From Microcystis aeruginosa NIES-843 (lineage in GTDB: Bacteria > Cyanobacteriota > Cyanobacteriia > Cyanobacteriales > Microcystaceae): a stretch of DNA of 32,000 nucleotides. Where the stretch lies: NCBI RefSeq assembly GCF_000010625.1, contig NC_010296.1:4470001-4502000 (forward strand), read 5' to 3'. Of this stretch, positions 9,659 to 18,930 are shown piece by piece. Numbering within the stretch: position 1 is the first letter of the stretch; each line of letters begins with the position of its first letter. The notes beneath the pieces are model-generated. The model saw nothing but the letters and a program-made list of their open reading frames with translations, searched no databases and was not told the DNA's origin. Both the position numbers and the translations under genes were made by a program.

Positions 9659-9685
9659 TCAAAAACCCTCTCTTCGGGGAGAGGG
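9659..9685 (-). terminator. Rho-independent terminator downstream of chlI
   Basis: The minus strand reads CCCTCTC-CCCGAA-GAGAGGG followed by TTTTTGA, starting 10 nt after the chlI stop at 9696. Confidence 0.7.
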
Positions 9686-9695
9686 TAAATTAGGT

Positions 9696-10781
9696 TTAGG
9701 AATTTTCCTCTAATCCAAAGACGCGATTAAAAGCTTTCAAGACTTTATAACCAGAATCGATCGATTCTAGCGGATCTTTCCGCAAACGGTGACGTAAACA
9801 GAGAACAATTACCCGACGGATATCATCTACCGTCACAGTTGTCCGTCCTTCCAAAGCGGCCAGAGCTTTAGCGGCGCGATTGGTAACGATATCGCCGCGC
9901 AATCCATCCACGTCCAACTCGGAACAAACCTCGGAAATTTTCACCCGCAGATCATAATCAAGCTCCACGGAAGGCAAAAGATTTTGGGCCTCCACTAGCT
10001 TTCTTTGCAGTTCTTCCTGTTCTAAGTTGTATTTCTCTAAAAACGAGAGGGGATTGCCATCAAATTCCGCACGCTGTTCCACGATTTTGACCCGTAGAGG
10101 TGGTTCTTTGACGGTGTGAATCTCGGCGTGCATTCCGAAGCGATCGAGCAGTTGTGGGCGCAATTCTCCCTCTTCTGGGTTGCCCGATCCCACCAAAACA
10201 AACCGGGCCGGGTGACGGATGGAAATTCCTTCCCGTTCCACCGTATTCCAACCACTAGCGGCCGAATCCAATAGCACATCGACGAGGTGATCGTCAAGTA
10301 AATTAACTTCATCCACATAGAGAATGCCGCGATTAGCTTTGGCCAGCAAACCAGGTTCAAAAGCTTTTACCCCTTCTGACAGGGCCTTTTCGATGTCAAT
10401 TGTGCCACAGACCCGATCCTCTGTCGCACCGAGGGGTAGATCTACCATAGTGACTTTTTTCTTGGCAATGGTCAAGGGAATGGCTTCATCCACCCTTTGC
10501 CGCACCTCATCGCTCATTAAATCGGGATCATTGGGGTCAGAATTAAAGGGATCGTTAGCAACTACGTCAATTTCTGGTAAAAGGTCGGCTAAAGCCCTAA
10601 TGGTGGTCGATTTTCCCGTACCTCGATCCCCCATAATCATCACCCCGCCAATTTTGGGGTCGATGACGTTGAGCATTAGGGATAATTTCATTTCTTCCTG
10701 GCCGACAATAGCGGTGAAGGGAAAAACCACGCGGCGAGTTTTCGGAGGAGCTTGGGGAGTCACGGTCATAAGTGGATTCAA
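9696..10781 (-). CDS. chlI: Magnesium chelatase subunit I
   Basis: Contains [50 protein letters not shown], with full-length ChlI/BchI similarity. Confidence 0.95.
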   Translation of the reverse strand: MNPLMTVTPQAPPKTRRVVFPFTAIVGQEEMKLSLMLNVIDPKIGGVMIMGDRGTGKSTTIRALADLLPEIDVVANDPFNSDPNDPDLMSDEVRQRVDEAIPLTIAKKKVTMVDLPLGATEDRVCGTIDIEKALSEGVKAFEPGLLAKANRGILYVDEVNLLDDHLVDVLLDSAASGWNTVEREGISIRHPARFVLVGSGNPEEGELRPQLLDRFGMHAEIHTVKEPPLRVKIVEQRAEFDGNPLSFLEKYNLEQEELQRKLVEAQNLLPSVELDYDLRVKISEVCSELDVDGLRGDIVTNRAAKALAALEGRTTVTVDDIRRVIVLCLRHRLRKDPLESIDSGYKVLKAFNRVFGLEENS

Positions 10782-10852
10782 AAGTCAAGAGTTTTTGCGT
10801 AAAGAATTATATCTAGTGGGGATTCTAGCCGTCAGCTTTCAGCAAATCTTTA

Positions 10853-11254
10853 TTATTGTAAGTCTTTTTCCCTGCTTTTTAAGATCCAGCGCCAGAGGGG
10901 ATGACGCGACCCTTCGGCCCGAATTTTCTGCACCCGTTGCTCTAAGCGCAGTTTTTCTCTGGGGGAAAGTCCTAAAATAATGTTGCGACTTTGCCAGACT
11001 AACACTGCTCCTGTAATGGCAAGACAAAAGGCTAGACCGATAGAAGGCCAGTAATTGAAAGCTAAAGCGTATCTAAGGGCTGTCCAAGTAAAATATTGCC
11101 GCATTAAAGCTATATCATCCCATAAAACCCATAAACTCGCCGAACCAATCCCTAACCAACAACCCAACACGAATAACCAACGACCCCATACCGTCAGTCG
11201 ATGTAATCTTTGGACTTGTTGCTGTAGTTCAGAATCGGCCATTTCAGTGAACAT
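10853..11254 (-). CDS. Hypothetical small membrane protein (about 3 TM segments)
   Basis: The ORF fills the glyS-chlI spacer on the same strand. Its hydrophobic segments include WLFVLGCWLGIGSASLWVLW and SIGLAFCLAITGAVLVW. No recognisable family. Confidence 0.5.
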   Translation of the reverse strand: MFTEMADSELQQQVQRLHRLTVWGRWLFVLGCWLGIGSASLWVLWDDIALMRQYFTWTALRYALAFNYWPSIGLAFCLAITGAVLVWQSRNIILGLSPREKLRLEQRVQKIRAEGSRHPLWRWILKSREKDLQ

Positions 11255-11463
11255 TGTGCATTAATCAGTGGAGGTGTGGGGGCTCTCCCAGGTTTGGTGG
11301 GTAAAATGTATTCTAAGATACAGTCTTGCGGGCGAGTGAATGGAAGGAATCACAGAGACACAAAGGACACAGAGATCGATCACTACTATATAAGTTAAAC
11401 TTATCACACAAAGAATAAGAGAGCCCAGTGGGGAATTATGAATTATGAATTAGGAAGTGTTTT

Positions 11464-11566
11464 CAGTGAACAGTAATCAGTGAACTGAAAACTCAAATCT
11501 GATAACTGATAACTGATAACTGATAACTGATAACTGATAACTGATAACTGATAACTGATAACTGAA
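11464..11566. repeat. Heptamer (STRR-like) array: core plus (CTGATAA)x9
   Basis: CAGTGAACAGTAATCAGTGAACTGAAAACTCAAATCTGATAA leads into the array: nine exact CTGATAA units in all (11499-11561) plus a partial unit. The array abuts the glyS stop codon (TAA, 11567-11569). Confidence 0.9.
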
Positions 11567-13699
11567 TTATCCCTTGACAATTGCCCCAAAATCTGCTAGG
11601 ACTCGGGCGTGATTTCGCAGTAAACCCAACAGATTTAAACGATTGCGACGGACAGATTCTTTTTCGGCCATGACTAACACACTATTTTCGCCATCAAAAA
11701 AGTCAGCCACCAGGGGAGAAATTGCCGTTAAAGCAGTGACGAGACGCTGATAATCTCTTTGCTCTCTTGCGCTGATAGTTTCGGGAATTAGGGCAATTAA
11801 AGCGTCATAAAATGCTGGTTCGGAGGATTGTTCAAATAACTCCGTATTGATGATTCCCTTGGCTTCTAGGGTAGTTGTATCTAAATCTCCTTTTTGTGCT
11901 AAACGGGTCGAGCGATTGACGGTTTCATAGATGTTGGCTAACTGACCATCCTGACGAATTTGGCATAAAAAGCGGGCGCGTTCACGGGTATCTAATAAAT
12001 TTTCTAAAGCGCGAGACTTATACTCCGGATCGTTTTCCCCTAAAACTGCATTAACGAGATCATAATCTATCCTCAAATCATCAATTAAGAGAGTTTGCAG
12101 ACGTTGTAAAAAGAAATCTTTAATCAGATTGGCCGGGTTGGGTTTATCGGGATGACAGGTAACAAAATCCTTAGCTATCTGCTCAATTAATGCCAAAAGA
12201 TTGATATTAAAATTGGCTGACCAGATAATACTAATTATTGCATTGGCAGCCCGACGGAGAGCGAAGGGATCTGAGGAACCAGTGGGCAGCATTCCCAGTC
12301 CAAAAATACCGACTAAAGTATCTAAGCGATCGGCAATTCCCACCACTTGACCAGTTATTGTTTCCGGGAGTATATCCCCGGCATTGCGAGGCAGATAATG
12401 TTCAAAAATGCCCCGGGCAACTACAGCCGATTCACCACTAATTAAAGCATATTTTTCGGCCATTACTCCCTGTAATTCGGGGAATTCGTAAACCATTTGG
12501 GTAACTAAATCCGCTTTACAAAGCATGGCAGTGGACTCTATATCACTGCGACTTTGTTCATCGAGATTTAACTGTTCGACGATCATCTGGGCAATTTCCA
12601 TAATCCGATCAACTTTATCGCGCATGGTTCCCAATTCTTCTTGGAAAGTGACGGTTTCCAGTTGGGGAAGGAAACTATCTAAGGGTTCATCACAATCGGC
12701 AGTATAGAAAAATCTGGCATCAGCTAACCGTGCGCGGATAACCCTTTCATTTCCTGCGGAGATAATCTCAGATTTCTGGGGATCGCCATTGGAAATAGTG
12801 ATGAAATAGGGTGACAAACCCTGGGGAGTTTTCACCGGGAAATAACGCTGATGTGTCACCATCACGGTAATAATTACTTCTGGGGGTAATTCCAGAAATT
12901 CATCGTCAAATTTGCCGACAATTGCCGTGGGATATTCGACTAAGTTAGTCACTTCTGCTAATAAATCTGCGGGAATTTCTGCCACTCCCTTGAGTTTTTT
13001 GGCCAGGGTGGTAATCTGAGCGGTAATTATCTGTTGACGCACTTGCGGATCCGCTTCCACAAAAATCGATCGCAAACTGGTTAAATATGCCTGGGGATGA
13101 CTAATAGCTAGGGATTGCGGGTGTAGAATGCGATGACCAAACGTTAATCGATCGCTGGTTAAAGTGGTAGAGCCATTAATTAATTCTAGGGGCAAAACTT
13201 CCCCATCCACTAAAGTTAATAACCAACGAATTGGCCGGGGAAATCTTAAATCTCCATCTCCCCAACGCATAAAACGTCTTCCTTCCAAACGGGTAATCCA
13301 TTGGGGAATTAATTCAGTTAAAATCTCGGCTGTTGGACGACCTGGAATCGTTTTTTCAATATAGACAAATTCTCCTTTGTCTGTGGCACGAATGGAGAAA
13401 GCAGCGGTGCTAACTCCCTGTTTTCGAGCAAAACCCTCACCAGCGGGGGTAATTTGGCCATTTTTGTAGGCGGCACTAACTGGCGGTCCTTTTATCTCCT
13501 CGCTGCGAGCTTCTTGCTCCGTCGGTAATCCTGTGATTAACACGGCCAAACGGCGCGGGGTTGCGTAAACTTGAATAGCAGTCGCGTCCAGAGATTCCGT
13601 CTCTAAACTCTTGCTAACTCTTTCCCGCCATTGTGCGATCGCGCTATCGACAAAATCTGCGGGTAGTTCTTCTGTACCGACTTCCAGTAAAAAATCCAT
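11567..13699 (-). CDS. glyS: Glycine--tRNA ligase beta subunit
   Basis: The N-terminus [17 protein letters not shown] and the 710-aa length match GlyS throughout. Confidence 0.95.
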   Translation of the reverse strand: MDFLLEVGTEELPADFVDSAIAQWRERVSKSLETESLDATAIQVYATPRRLAVLITGLPTEQEARSEEIKGPPVSAAYKNGQITPAGEGFARKQGVSTAAFSIRATDKGEFVYIEKTIPGRPTAEILTELIPQWITRLEGRRFMRWGDGDLRFPRPIRWLLTLVDGEVLPLELINGSTTLTSDRLTFGHRILHPQSLAISHPQAYLTSLRSIFVEADPQVRQQIITAQITTLAKKLKGVAEIPADLLAEVTNLVEYPTAIVGKFDDEFLELPPEVIITVMVTHQRYFPVKTPQGLSPYFITISNGDPQKSEIISAGNERVIRARLADARFFYTADCDEPLDSFLPQLETVTFQEELGTMRDKVDRIMEIAQMIVEQLNLDEQSRSDIESTAMLCKADLVTQMVYEFPELQGVMAEKYALISGESAVVARGIFEHYLPRNAGDILPETITGQVVGIADRLDTLVGIFGLGMLPTGSSDPFALRRAANAIISIIWSANFNINLLALIEQIAKDFVTCHPDKPNPANLIKDFFLQRLQTLLIDDLRIDYDLVNAVLGENDPEYKSRALENLLDTRERARFLCQIRQDGQLANIYETVNRSTRLAQKGDLDTTTLEAKGIINTELFEQSSEPAFYDALIALIPETISAREQRDYQRLVTALTAISPLVADFFDGENSVLVMAEKESVRRNRLNLLGLLRNHARVLADFGAIVKG

Positions 13700-13816
13700 C
13701 TGATTGATTGGCCGTGTTTATGCTTCACCAATCATCTAGGCTATCACAGAAGCCGTGTCCTTAGTTTTTGACTGGTGTTGTTCGACTTTTTGGGTTAGGG
13801 TAAAAGAGGCAGCAAA

Positions 13817-14416
13817 TTGGAATCAGCGACGATGGGAAAGATTAATTTATTAGTCAGTGCCACCTCTGAGGATTGGATAGAACAGGCAATTAATAATTTA
13901 GAGATTATTCTGCTCGATCATTCCCATTGTGAGCGAAAAGCGGCAGGAGTGGCCTTAAATCTCATGTTTCGTTATCCTTCCTACGCTTCCCTCGTGCGGA
14001 AATTAACAGCGATCGCCCAAGAGGAATTAGAACATTTTGAACAGGTCAATCAATGGTTAGATAAATGGGGAATTCCCCTCGCTCCCTTGAATTCTCCCCC
14101 CTATGGTGCTAAATTAAAGGCCCAGATTCGTCACCAAGAACCCGATCGCCTTTTGGATTCGCTGTTAATATCAGCTTTAATCGAGGCGCGTTCCCACGAA
14201 AGATTGGGTTTATTGGGAGAATATTGTCCTGATCCCGATTTAGGCAAATTTTATCGCAGTTTAATGGCTTCCGAAGCGCGTCATTATGGTATTTATTGGC
14301 TATTAGCAGCGGATTATTTTGAACGGACAGTGATCGAGCAACGCTTAGAAACCCTAGGGGCGCTCGAAAGTGAAATTCTCACTACTCTGCACCCGGAACC
14401 TCGTATTCATAGTTGA
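13817..14416 (+). CDS. miaE: tRNA-(ms2io6A37)-hydroxylase MiaE (diiron)
   Basis: LLDHSHCERKAAGVAL, EELEHFEQV, LIEARSHERL and SEARHY align with the enterobacterial MiaE diiron ligand motifs. The start could be the MGKINLL methionine (13832). Confidence 0.85.
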   Translation: MESATMGKINLLVSATSEDWIEQAINNLEIILLDHSHCERKAAGVALNLMFRYPSYASLVRKLTAIAQEELEHFEQVNQWLDKWGIPLAPLNSPPYGAKLKAQIRHQEPDRLLDSLLISALIEARSHERLGLLGEYCPDPDLGKFYRSLMASEARHYGIYWLLAADYFERTVIEQRLETLGALESEILTTLHPEPRIHS

Positions 14417-14557
14417 TTGCACTAATAGAGACAATGGCTGCAGCTCACATTTGCAGAAATACGGACAATTAGCAATTATCAGTGACTCTTAAATTATTAC
14501 AAATATATCGGCAGCTGCCTGTAAGCATCCCACCGAAAAACTAATGCGCTTCGGGGT

Positions 14558-14630
14558 TTGGGGACGGCGCTTGCGTCCCCAACGGGTAGGGTTGATTCAT
14601 GAATCAACCCTACCATGAATCAACCCTAGG
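14558..14630. repeat. Hairpin plus a 28-nt perfect palindrome with an extra half-site
   Basis: TTGGGGACG-GCGCTTG-CGTCCCCAA lies at 14558-14582. The perfect palindrome GTAGGGTTGATTCATGAATCAACCCTAC follows at 14586-14613. A repeated half-site CATGAATCAACCCTAGG follows at 14614-30. The element lies between the convergent miaE gene and the FemAB-like gene. Confidence 0.7.
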
Positions 14631-14745
14631 ATTGAGTGATCAAATCGGAAGTAATAACCAATTTTAGAAGATAGTTTCCCTTTAAAAATCCCAACTCAGT
14701 AGATTTACAAAAATGAGATGCACCCAGGGACAAACCCTATCTAAA

Positions 14746-16023
14746 TTACTCGTTCAACTCAATTTCTCTCTTAGAAAAGGGTAAATCTTGATTGATTGCC
14801 TCGATTTCTTCCTGTTCCATTTGATTAATTTCTTGGATATAATTGCGGAGAATTTGAGTCATTTTGCCATGATAAAAACGGTGTAAACTGTGATTAGCAG
14901 TGGCAGGAAAACCCCGTCTTTTTTTATGTTGTCCTCCCGCACCGGGGTCAAACATGGTAATACCTTGACTAATTGCCCAATCGATCGGTTGATAGTAACA
15001 AGCTTCAAAATGTAAACAGTCGTACTCTTGAAAACTGCCCCAGTAACGACCATAAAGATTAGTATCTTTGCGAATACAAAAAGATAAACCCACCGGTTTA
15101 GTATCCTTTTCATTTTGGTAGGCAGTAATCAAAACCACTCGCTGACGATAATTCGGATATAATTGTTCAAAAAATTTGTGTGTCAGGTATTTACTTCCCC
15201 AGTAAAATTTATCACAGGTACTGCTATAAAACCGATAAATTAACGGGAATAAATGATGGGGAATTTCTTCGGCAGCTAGAGTTTTAATAATTAACCCCGC
15301 ATTAGTCACCGCTTTCCGTTCCCGTTTAATGTTGCGCCGTTGATTAGCATTAAAAACCGTCAGATAATCTTCAAAACTTTGAAAACCTTTGTTATTCCAG
15401 ATATAACTATGGTGTAACCAGGGAGTAAAGCCAAAATTTTCCATTAAAATTCGCCACTGGGGATCCACAAAAAGAAAATGACAACCCGACAGATTATTTT
15501 GATCACAAAAATGATCAATAGCCGCTATCATTAAAGCAGTAATTTCCAGTTCATTTTCCCCCGGAGCAATTAAAAAACGATAACCCACCGCCGGAGTAAA
15601 AGGGGTCATTCCTAACAGTTTTGGATAGTATCTAATCCCCAAACGATGGGAAAGATCTGCCCATTGGTGGTCAAAGACAAATTCACCGTAACTATGACTT
15701 TTAATATACAAAGGAGCGGCGGCAATTAACTCAGCACCGCACCAAACTGTGAGATGAGCAGGTTGCCACCCCGTCCGTCCCGTGGCGCTGCCGGAAGTTT
15801 CGATATTATGTAACCATTCCCACTCTAGAAAGGGAGTAGTTAGGGGTTGAGCGAGAGCATCCCATTTTTGTTGGGGAATCTCACTCATTTTATCAATCCA
15901 AACGACAGAATATTGGGGTTTAAGCTGTTCTACCATGGGACAAGATAAGTCAACCTTTTTATTTAAGGTTTGCTGAATAAATCTAAAACCCTTGTTGGGT
16001 AAGACTTTTAGACTTTTTGTCAA
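14746..16023 (-). CDS. FemAB-like / GNAT-fold acyltransferase family protein (DUF482/PF04339-like)
   Basis: EWEWLHNIETSGSATGRTGWQPAHL and LYIKSHSYGEFVFDHQWA resemble the conserved core of this family as I recall it. The start may be the internal MVEQLKP methionine. Confidence 0.65.
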   Translation of the reverse strand: MTKSLKVLPNKGFRFIQQTLNKKVDLSCPMVEQLKPQYSVVWIDKMSEIPQQKWDALAQPLTTPFLEWEWLHNIETSGSATGRTGWQPAHLTVWCGAELIAAAPLYIKSHSYGEFVFDHQWADLSHRLGIRYYPKLLGMTPFTPAVGYRFLIAPGENELEITALMIAAIDHFCDQNNLSGCHFLFVDPQWRILMENFGFTPWLHHSYIWNNKGFQSFEDYLTVFNANQRRNIKRERKAVTNAGLIIKTLAAEEIPHHLFPLIYRFYSSTCDKFYWGSKYLTHKFFEQLYPNYRQRVVLITAYQNEKDTKPVGLSFCIRKDTNLYGRYWGSFQEYDCLHFEACYYQPIDWAISQGITMFDPGAGGQHKKRRGFPATANHSLHRFYHGKMTQILRNYIQEINQMEQEEIEAINQDLPFSKREIELNE

Positions 16024-16114
16024 TCAAAAAGTACCGGACTGGGAGTGATTAGGGGTAAAATTCCGGGACTTTTTCCCTGAAAATTAGGTAACTGAGTACC
16101 TCAAAATCAGTAAA

Positions 16115-16156
16115 ACCCTACACCCTACACCCTACACCCCACACCCTGCCCCCACC
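16115..16156. repeat. C-rich heptamer array (G-rich on the minus strand)
   Basis: (CCCTACA)x3, CCCCACA, CCCTGCC and CCCACCA occur in a continuous 7-nt phase. The array lies in the spacer between the RibD-like and FemAB-like genes, both on the minus strand. Confidence 0.8.
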
Positions 16157-16191
16157 AACAAACTTTTTCAGCAGACCCTATTTAAGGTAAT

Positions 16192-16872
16192 CTAGTTTTG
16201 AGATTTATGGGAATCTCGTTCAAGGGAATAATGTAGGAAAATTTCTGCTTCCACGGTTTCCACGCTCAAAAGTCGTAATTTTCTGGCAGAATCAGCCATA
16301 AATCCGGTTCCTCCCAGGGGAGTTGCCGCTTTATTGCCTCCTAACAGCAACGGACAAATAGTTAGATGGATTTCATCGATTAAATCTTCAGCTAAAAGAG
16401 AGGCAATTAATTCACCTCCTCCCAGAATCGCCAGCTTTTTAATACCTAGGGTGGTAAATTGACTAAAAATAGCCTTCCAATCACCGCAGACTAAGACAAG
16501 CTCAAATAAACCCCGATTTTCCCATGCCGCCACTTTTTCCGCTGCCGTGATTAACCAGCGCGGGAAAGGCTGCTGAAAAAATTTCATCCGGGGATCAAGC
16601 TGGCCTGAATGAGAACAAACGATCTGTATCGGCTGGGGAGATAATCCCCGTTGTTGACGGTATGCGAGAAAATCGGCATGACGGATAGGAAGACTGGTGT
16701 GATAAGCGCGCAGGGTGTTAGCACCGAATAAAGCGGCATCCATGCGCGATAAATGTTGTTCTAGACGCATTTTATCGGTAGCAGAGGCAAATCTGGCCGC
16801 CGACTGGTAGGCGTCGGCAATTTTACCATCGGCACTCATGGCTAAAATAACGGTGGTGTGAGGACGATTCAT
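16192..16872 (-). CDS. RibD C-terminal-domain (pyrimidine reductase / DHFR-fold) protein
   Basis: HTTVILAMSADGKIAD, the GG..L glycine motif (LAILGGGELIASLL) and LTICPLLLGG are typical of the RibD_C reductase domain. Confidence 0.7.
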   Translation of the reverse strand: MNRPHTTVILAMSADGKIADAYQSAARFASATDKMRLEQHLSRMDAALFGANTLRAYHTSLPIRHADFLAYRQQRGLSPQPIQIVCSHSGQLDPRMKFFQQPFPRWLITAAEKVAAWENRGLFELVLVCGDWKAIFSQFTTLGIKKLAILGGGELIASLLAEDLIDEIHLTICPLLLGGNKAATPLGGTGFMADSARKLRLLSVETVEAEIFLHYSLERDSHKSQN

Positions 16873-16963
16873 GGCAAATGATGAGGGATATCACCCAGTC
16901 CGATTGGTGAATAGGCTAGTATAGTCTGGAGTTTGATAGCCAGAATCAAACCAATTTCCGCCT

Positions 16964-18889
16964 ATGCCTATCGGTCAATCCTCCTTTCGTCGCATTCTTC
17001 TCTCTCGCTTACTCTTGGTTAGTGTTCCTGTACTACTAATGGGTGTTTATGTTACCTATCGTAAGGCGCGATCGGCTTTTTTGGAAACGGCCCGTCAAAA
17101 TCTCACCGAAAGTGCCATCAGAAAAGCAGACAATATTGAGCAATCAATTCAATTTTTGCGGGCCAATCTTATCACTGCGGGCGAAAGTCTGGTTTTAAAA
17201 CAGGGAACCTTAGCCGAAAAAGAAACTTTTTTACAACAATTCACGGCGCAGCTTCCTAATCAGATTAACTGTGCGGAATTAATTGATATTAAGACCAAGA
17301 AACCTTTATTAAATCGAGCCTGTGAACCAGAAATTATCAAAGTTTTGCCCCTGGAAAGATGGACAGAAAACCGGACTAGCTCTGCTGGGAATATCGAGAA
17401 TGTTTTAGTTAGAAGTTTACCTCGACAACTTTTAACAAAATCTCCCCATAATAATCGTCAATTAGAATTAGTTTTTGCCGTTCCCATCTACGATAATCAA
17501 GGACAATTACAATCTAGTCTGATTCTGCAAACTTCTCTACTTTACCGTGAGAAGGTTTTACCCGGTTCTTTATCGGGTTATCCCGTGGTTATTTCTGAAA
17601 ATGGCATTATTCTCGCTCATCCCTATTTTCATCGCATTGGTAGCCATATCAGTCAAGAAGCTGATGCTGAACGCTTAAATATTATTATCAGTAATGCTAT
17701 CCGAGGAAAACAAAATTTCTTGCATTTATTTTCTTTCGAGAAAGATGGCAAAGAATTAGTCGCTGGTTATAGTTCCCTCCCCAGTCCAGTTACGGGAGAA
17801 TCATCCCAAAAATGGATAGTTTTAGCCATTAGTCCTCTCTCCCAAGCTCTGGCTCCTCTGCAACAAATTTGGGAGGCAATTTTTTATCTGATTTCTGGTT
17901 TATTATTAGCTTATTTAGTAGCTATTATACTGATCACTAGGGATTTAGCTAGACCTTTAGAAAAACTGCGAGATTATGCCTTAAATATTCAGAAAATTCC
18001 TTCACAAAATATTACACCACAGAACTTTAATATTCGAGAAATTAATCAGTTAGCCTCGGCCTTAGAGGAAATGCTCGAACGTTTACGCCTTTGGGGAGAG
18101 GAAATAGTTAAGAGTTGGCAAGAAGCGGAAAATGCTAATCAATTAAAAAACCAATTTTTGGCGAATACTTCCCACGAATTACGCACCCCTCTCAATGGTA
18201 TTATTGGCTCAATTCGTTGCGTTATGGATGGATTTTGTAATAGTGAGCAGGAGGAAAAAGAATATCTGCAACAAGCGGATAAGGCATCCGTACATCTTTT
18301 GGAAATTATTGATGATATTCTCAGTATTGCTAAAATAGAAGCGGGCAAACTTTCCGTTAATCCTGAACCAGTAGATTTACACCAAATTATCAATGAAGTT
18401 ATTAATTTACAAACAGCATCGCTGCAACTTAAGTGCTTAAAATTAAATTTACTTTTCTGTCCAGAAATTCCTATAGTCTATGCTGATACCACTAAATTAA
18501 AACAGGTAATTTTGAATGTTATTTCTAACTCAATTAAATTTACTGATATAGGCACAATTTCTTTAATAACTCGCCTAGAAAATACACAGGCTATTATTAC
18601 TATAATCGATACAGGAATCGGTATAGACCCCCAGCAACAATCAAAATTATTCCGTCCTTTTGTGATGATTGATGGTTCCACAACTAGAAAATTTAGCGGT
18701 ACGGGTTTAGGATTAGCTATTTCTAAGAATTTTATGAAAATGATGGGGGGAGATATTACTATCTCTAGTCAAGGTCAAGGTTTAGGAACAACTGTAGAAA
18801 TTATTCTTCCTCTAGTGGGGGAAAGAAAGCTTGATTCTACCCCAGAGGAAAACTCATCTTTGCCGATTCTTCCCTCTCTTAAAAGCTAA
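16964..18889 (+). CDS. Sensor histidine kinase (N-terminal TM, extracytoplasmic Cache-like region, second TM, HAMP-like linker, HisKA, HATPase_c)
   Basis: Carries the H-box FLANTSHELRTPLNGI, an N-box (LNVISNSIKFT), a G1 box (DTGIGI) and a G2 box (GTGLGLAISK). No response regulator is adjacent. Confidence 0.85.
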   Translation: MPIGQSSFRRILLSRLLLVSVPVLLMGVYVTYRKARSAFLETARQNLTESAIRKADNIEQSIQFLRANLITAGESLVLKQGTLAEKETFLQQFTAQLPNQINCAELIDIKTKKPLLNRACEPEIIKVLPLERWTENRTSSAGNIENVLVRSLPRQLLTKSPHNNRQLELVFAVPIYDNQGQLQSSLILQTSLLYREKVLPGSLSGYPVVISENGIILAHPYFHRIGSHISQEADAERLNIIISNAIRGKQNFLHLFSFEKDGKELVAGYSSLPSPVTGESSQKWIVLAISPLSQALAPLQQIWEAIFYLISGLLLAYLVAIILITRDLARPLEKLRDYALNIQKIPSQNITPQNFNIREINQLASALEEMLERLRLWGEEIVKSWQEAENANQLKNQFLANTSHELRTPLNGIIGSIRCVMDGFCNSEQEEKEYLQQADKASVHLLEIIDDILSIAKIEAGKLSVNPEPVDLHQIINEVINLQTASLQLKCLKLNLLFCPEIPIVYADTTKLKQVILNVISNSIKFTDIGTISLITRLENTQAIITIIDTGIGIDPQQQSKLFRPFVMIDGSTTRKFSGTGLGLAISKNFMKMMGGDITISSQGQGLGTTVEIILPLVGERKLDSTPEENSSLPILPSLKS

Positions 18890-18930
18890 AATATCTCTAT
18901 TTAATTTCTGTAATTTATGAGGAATTTAGT

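Noticed and set aside
10324-10980. 218-aa ORF on the plus strand, plus smaller ORFs at 10037-10360, 10060-10251 and 10597-10788
   Set aside because: They are antisense to, or out of frame within, the strongly supported chlI gene. They have no motifs and a biased composition typical of shadow ORFs.
11464-11566. Possibility that the tandem arrays (also 22210-22300 and 24231-24305) are CRISPR arrays
   Set aside because: The period is 7 nt with no unique spacers. CRISPR repeats are about 24-40 nt separated by spacers of similar size, and no cas genes are present in the window.
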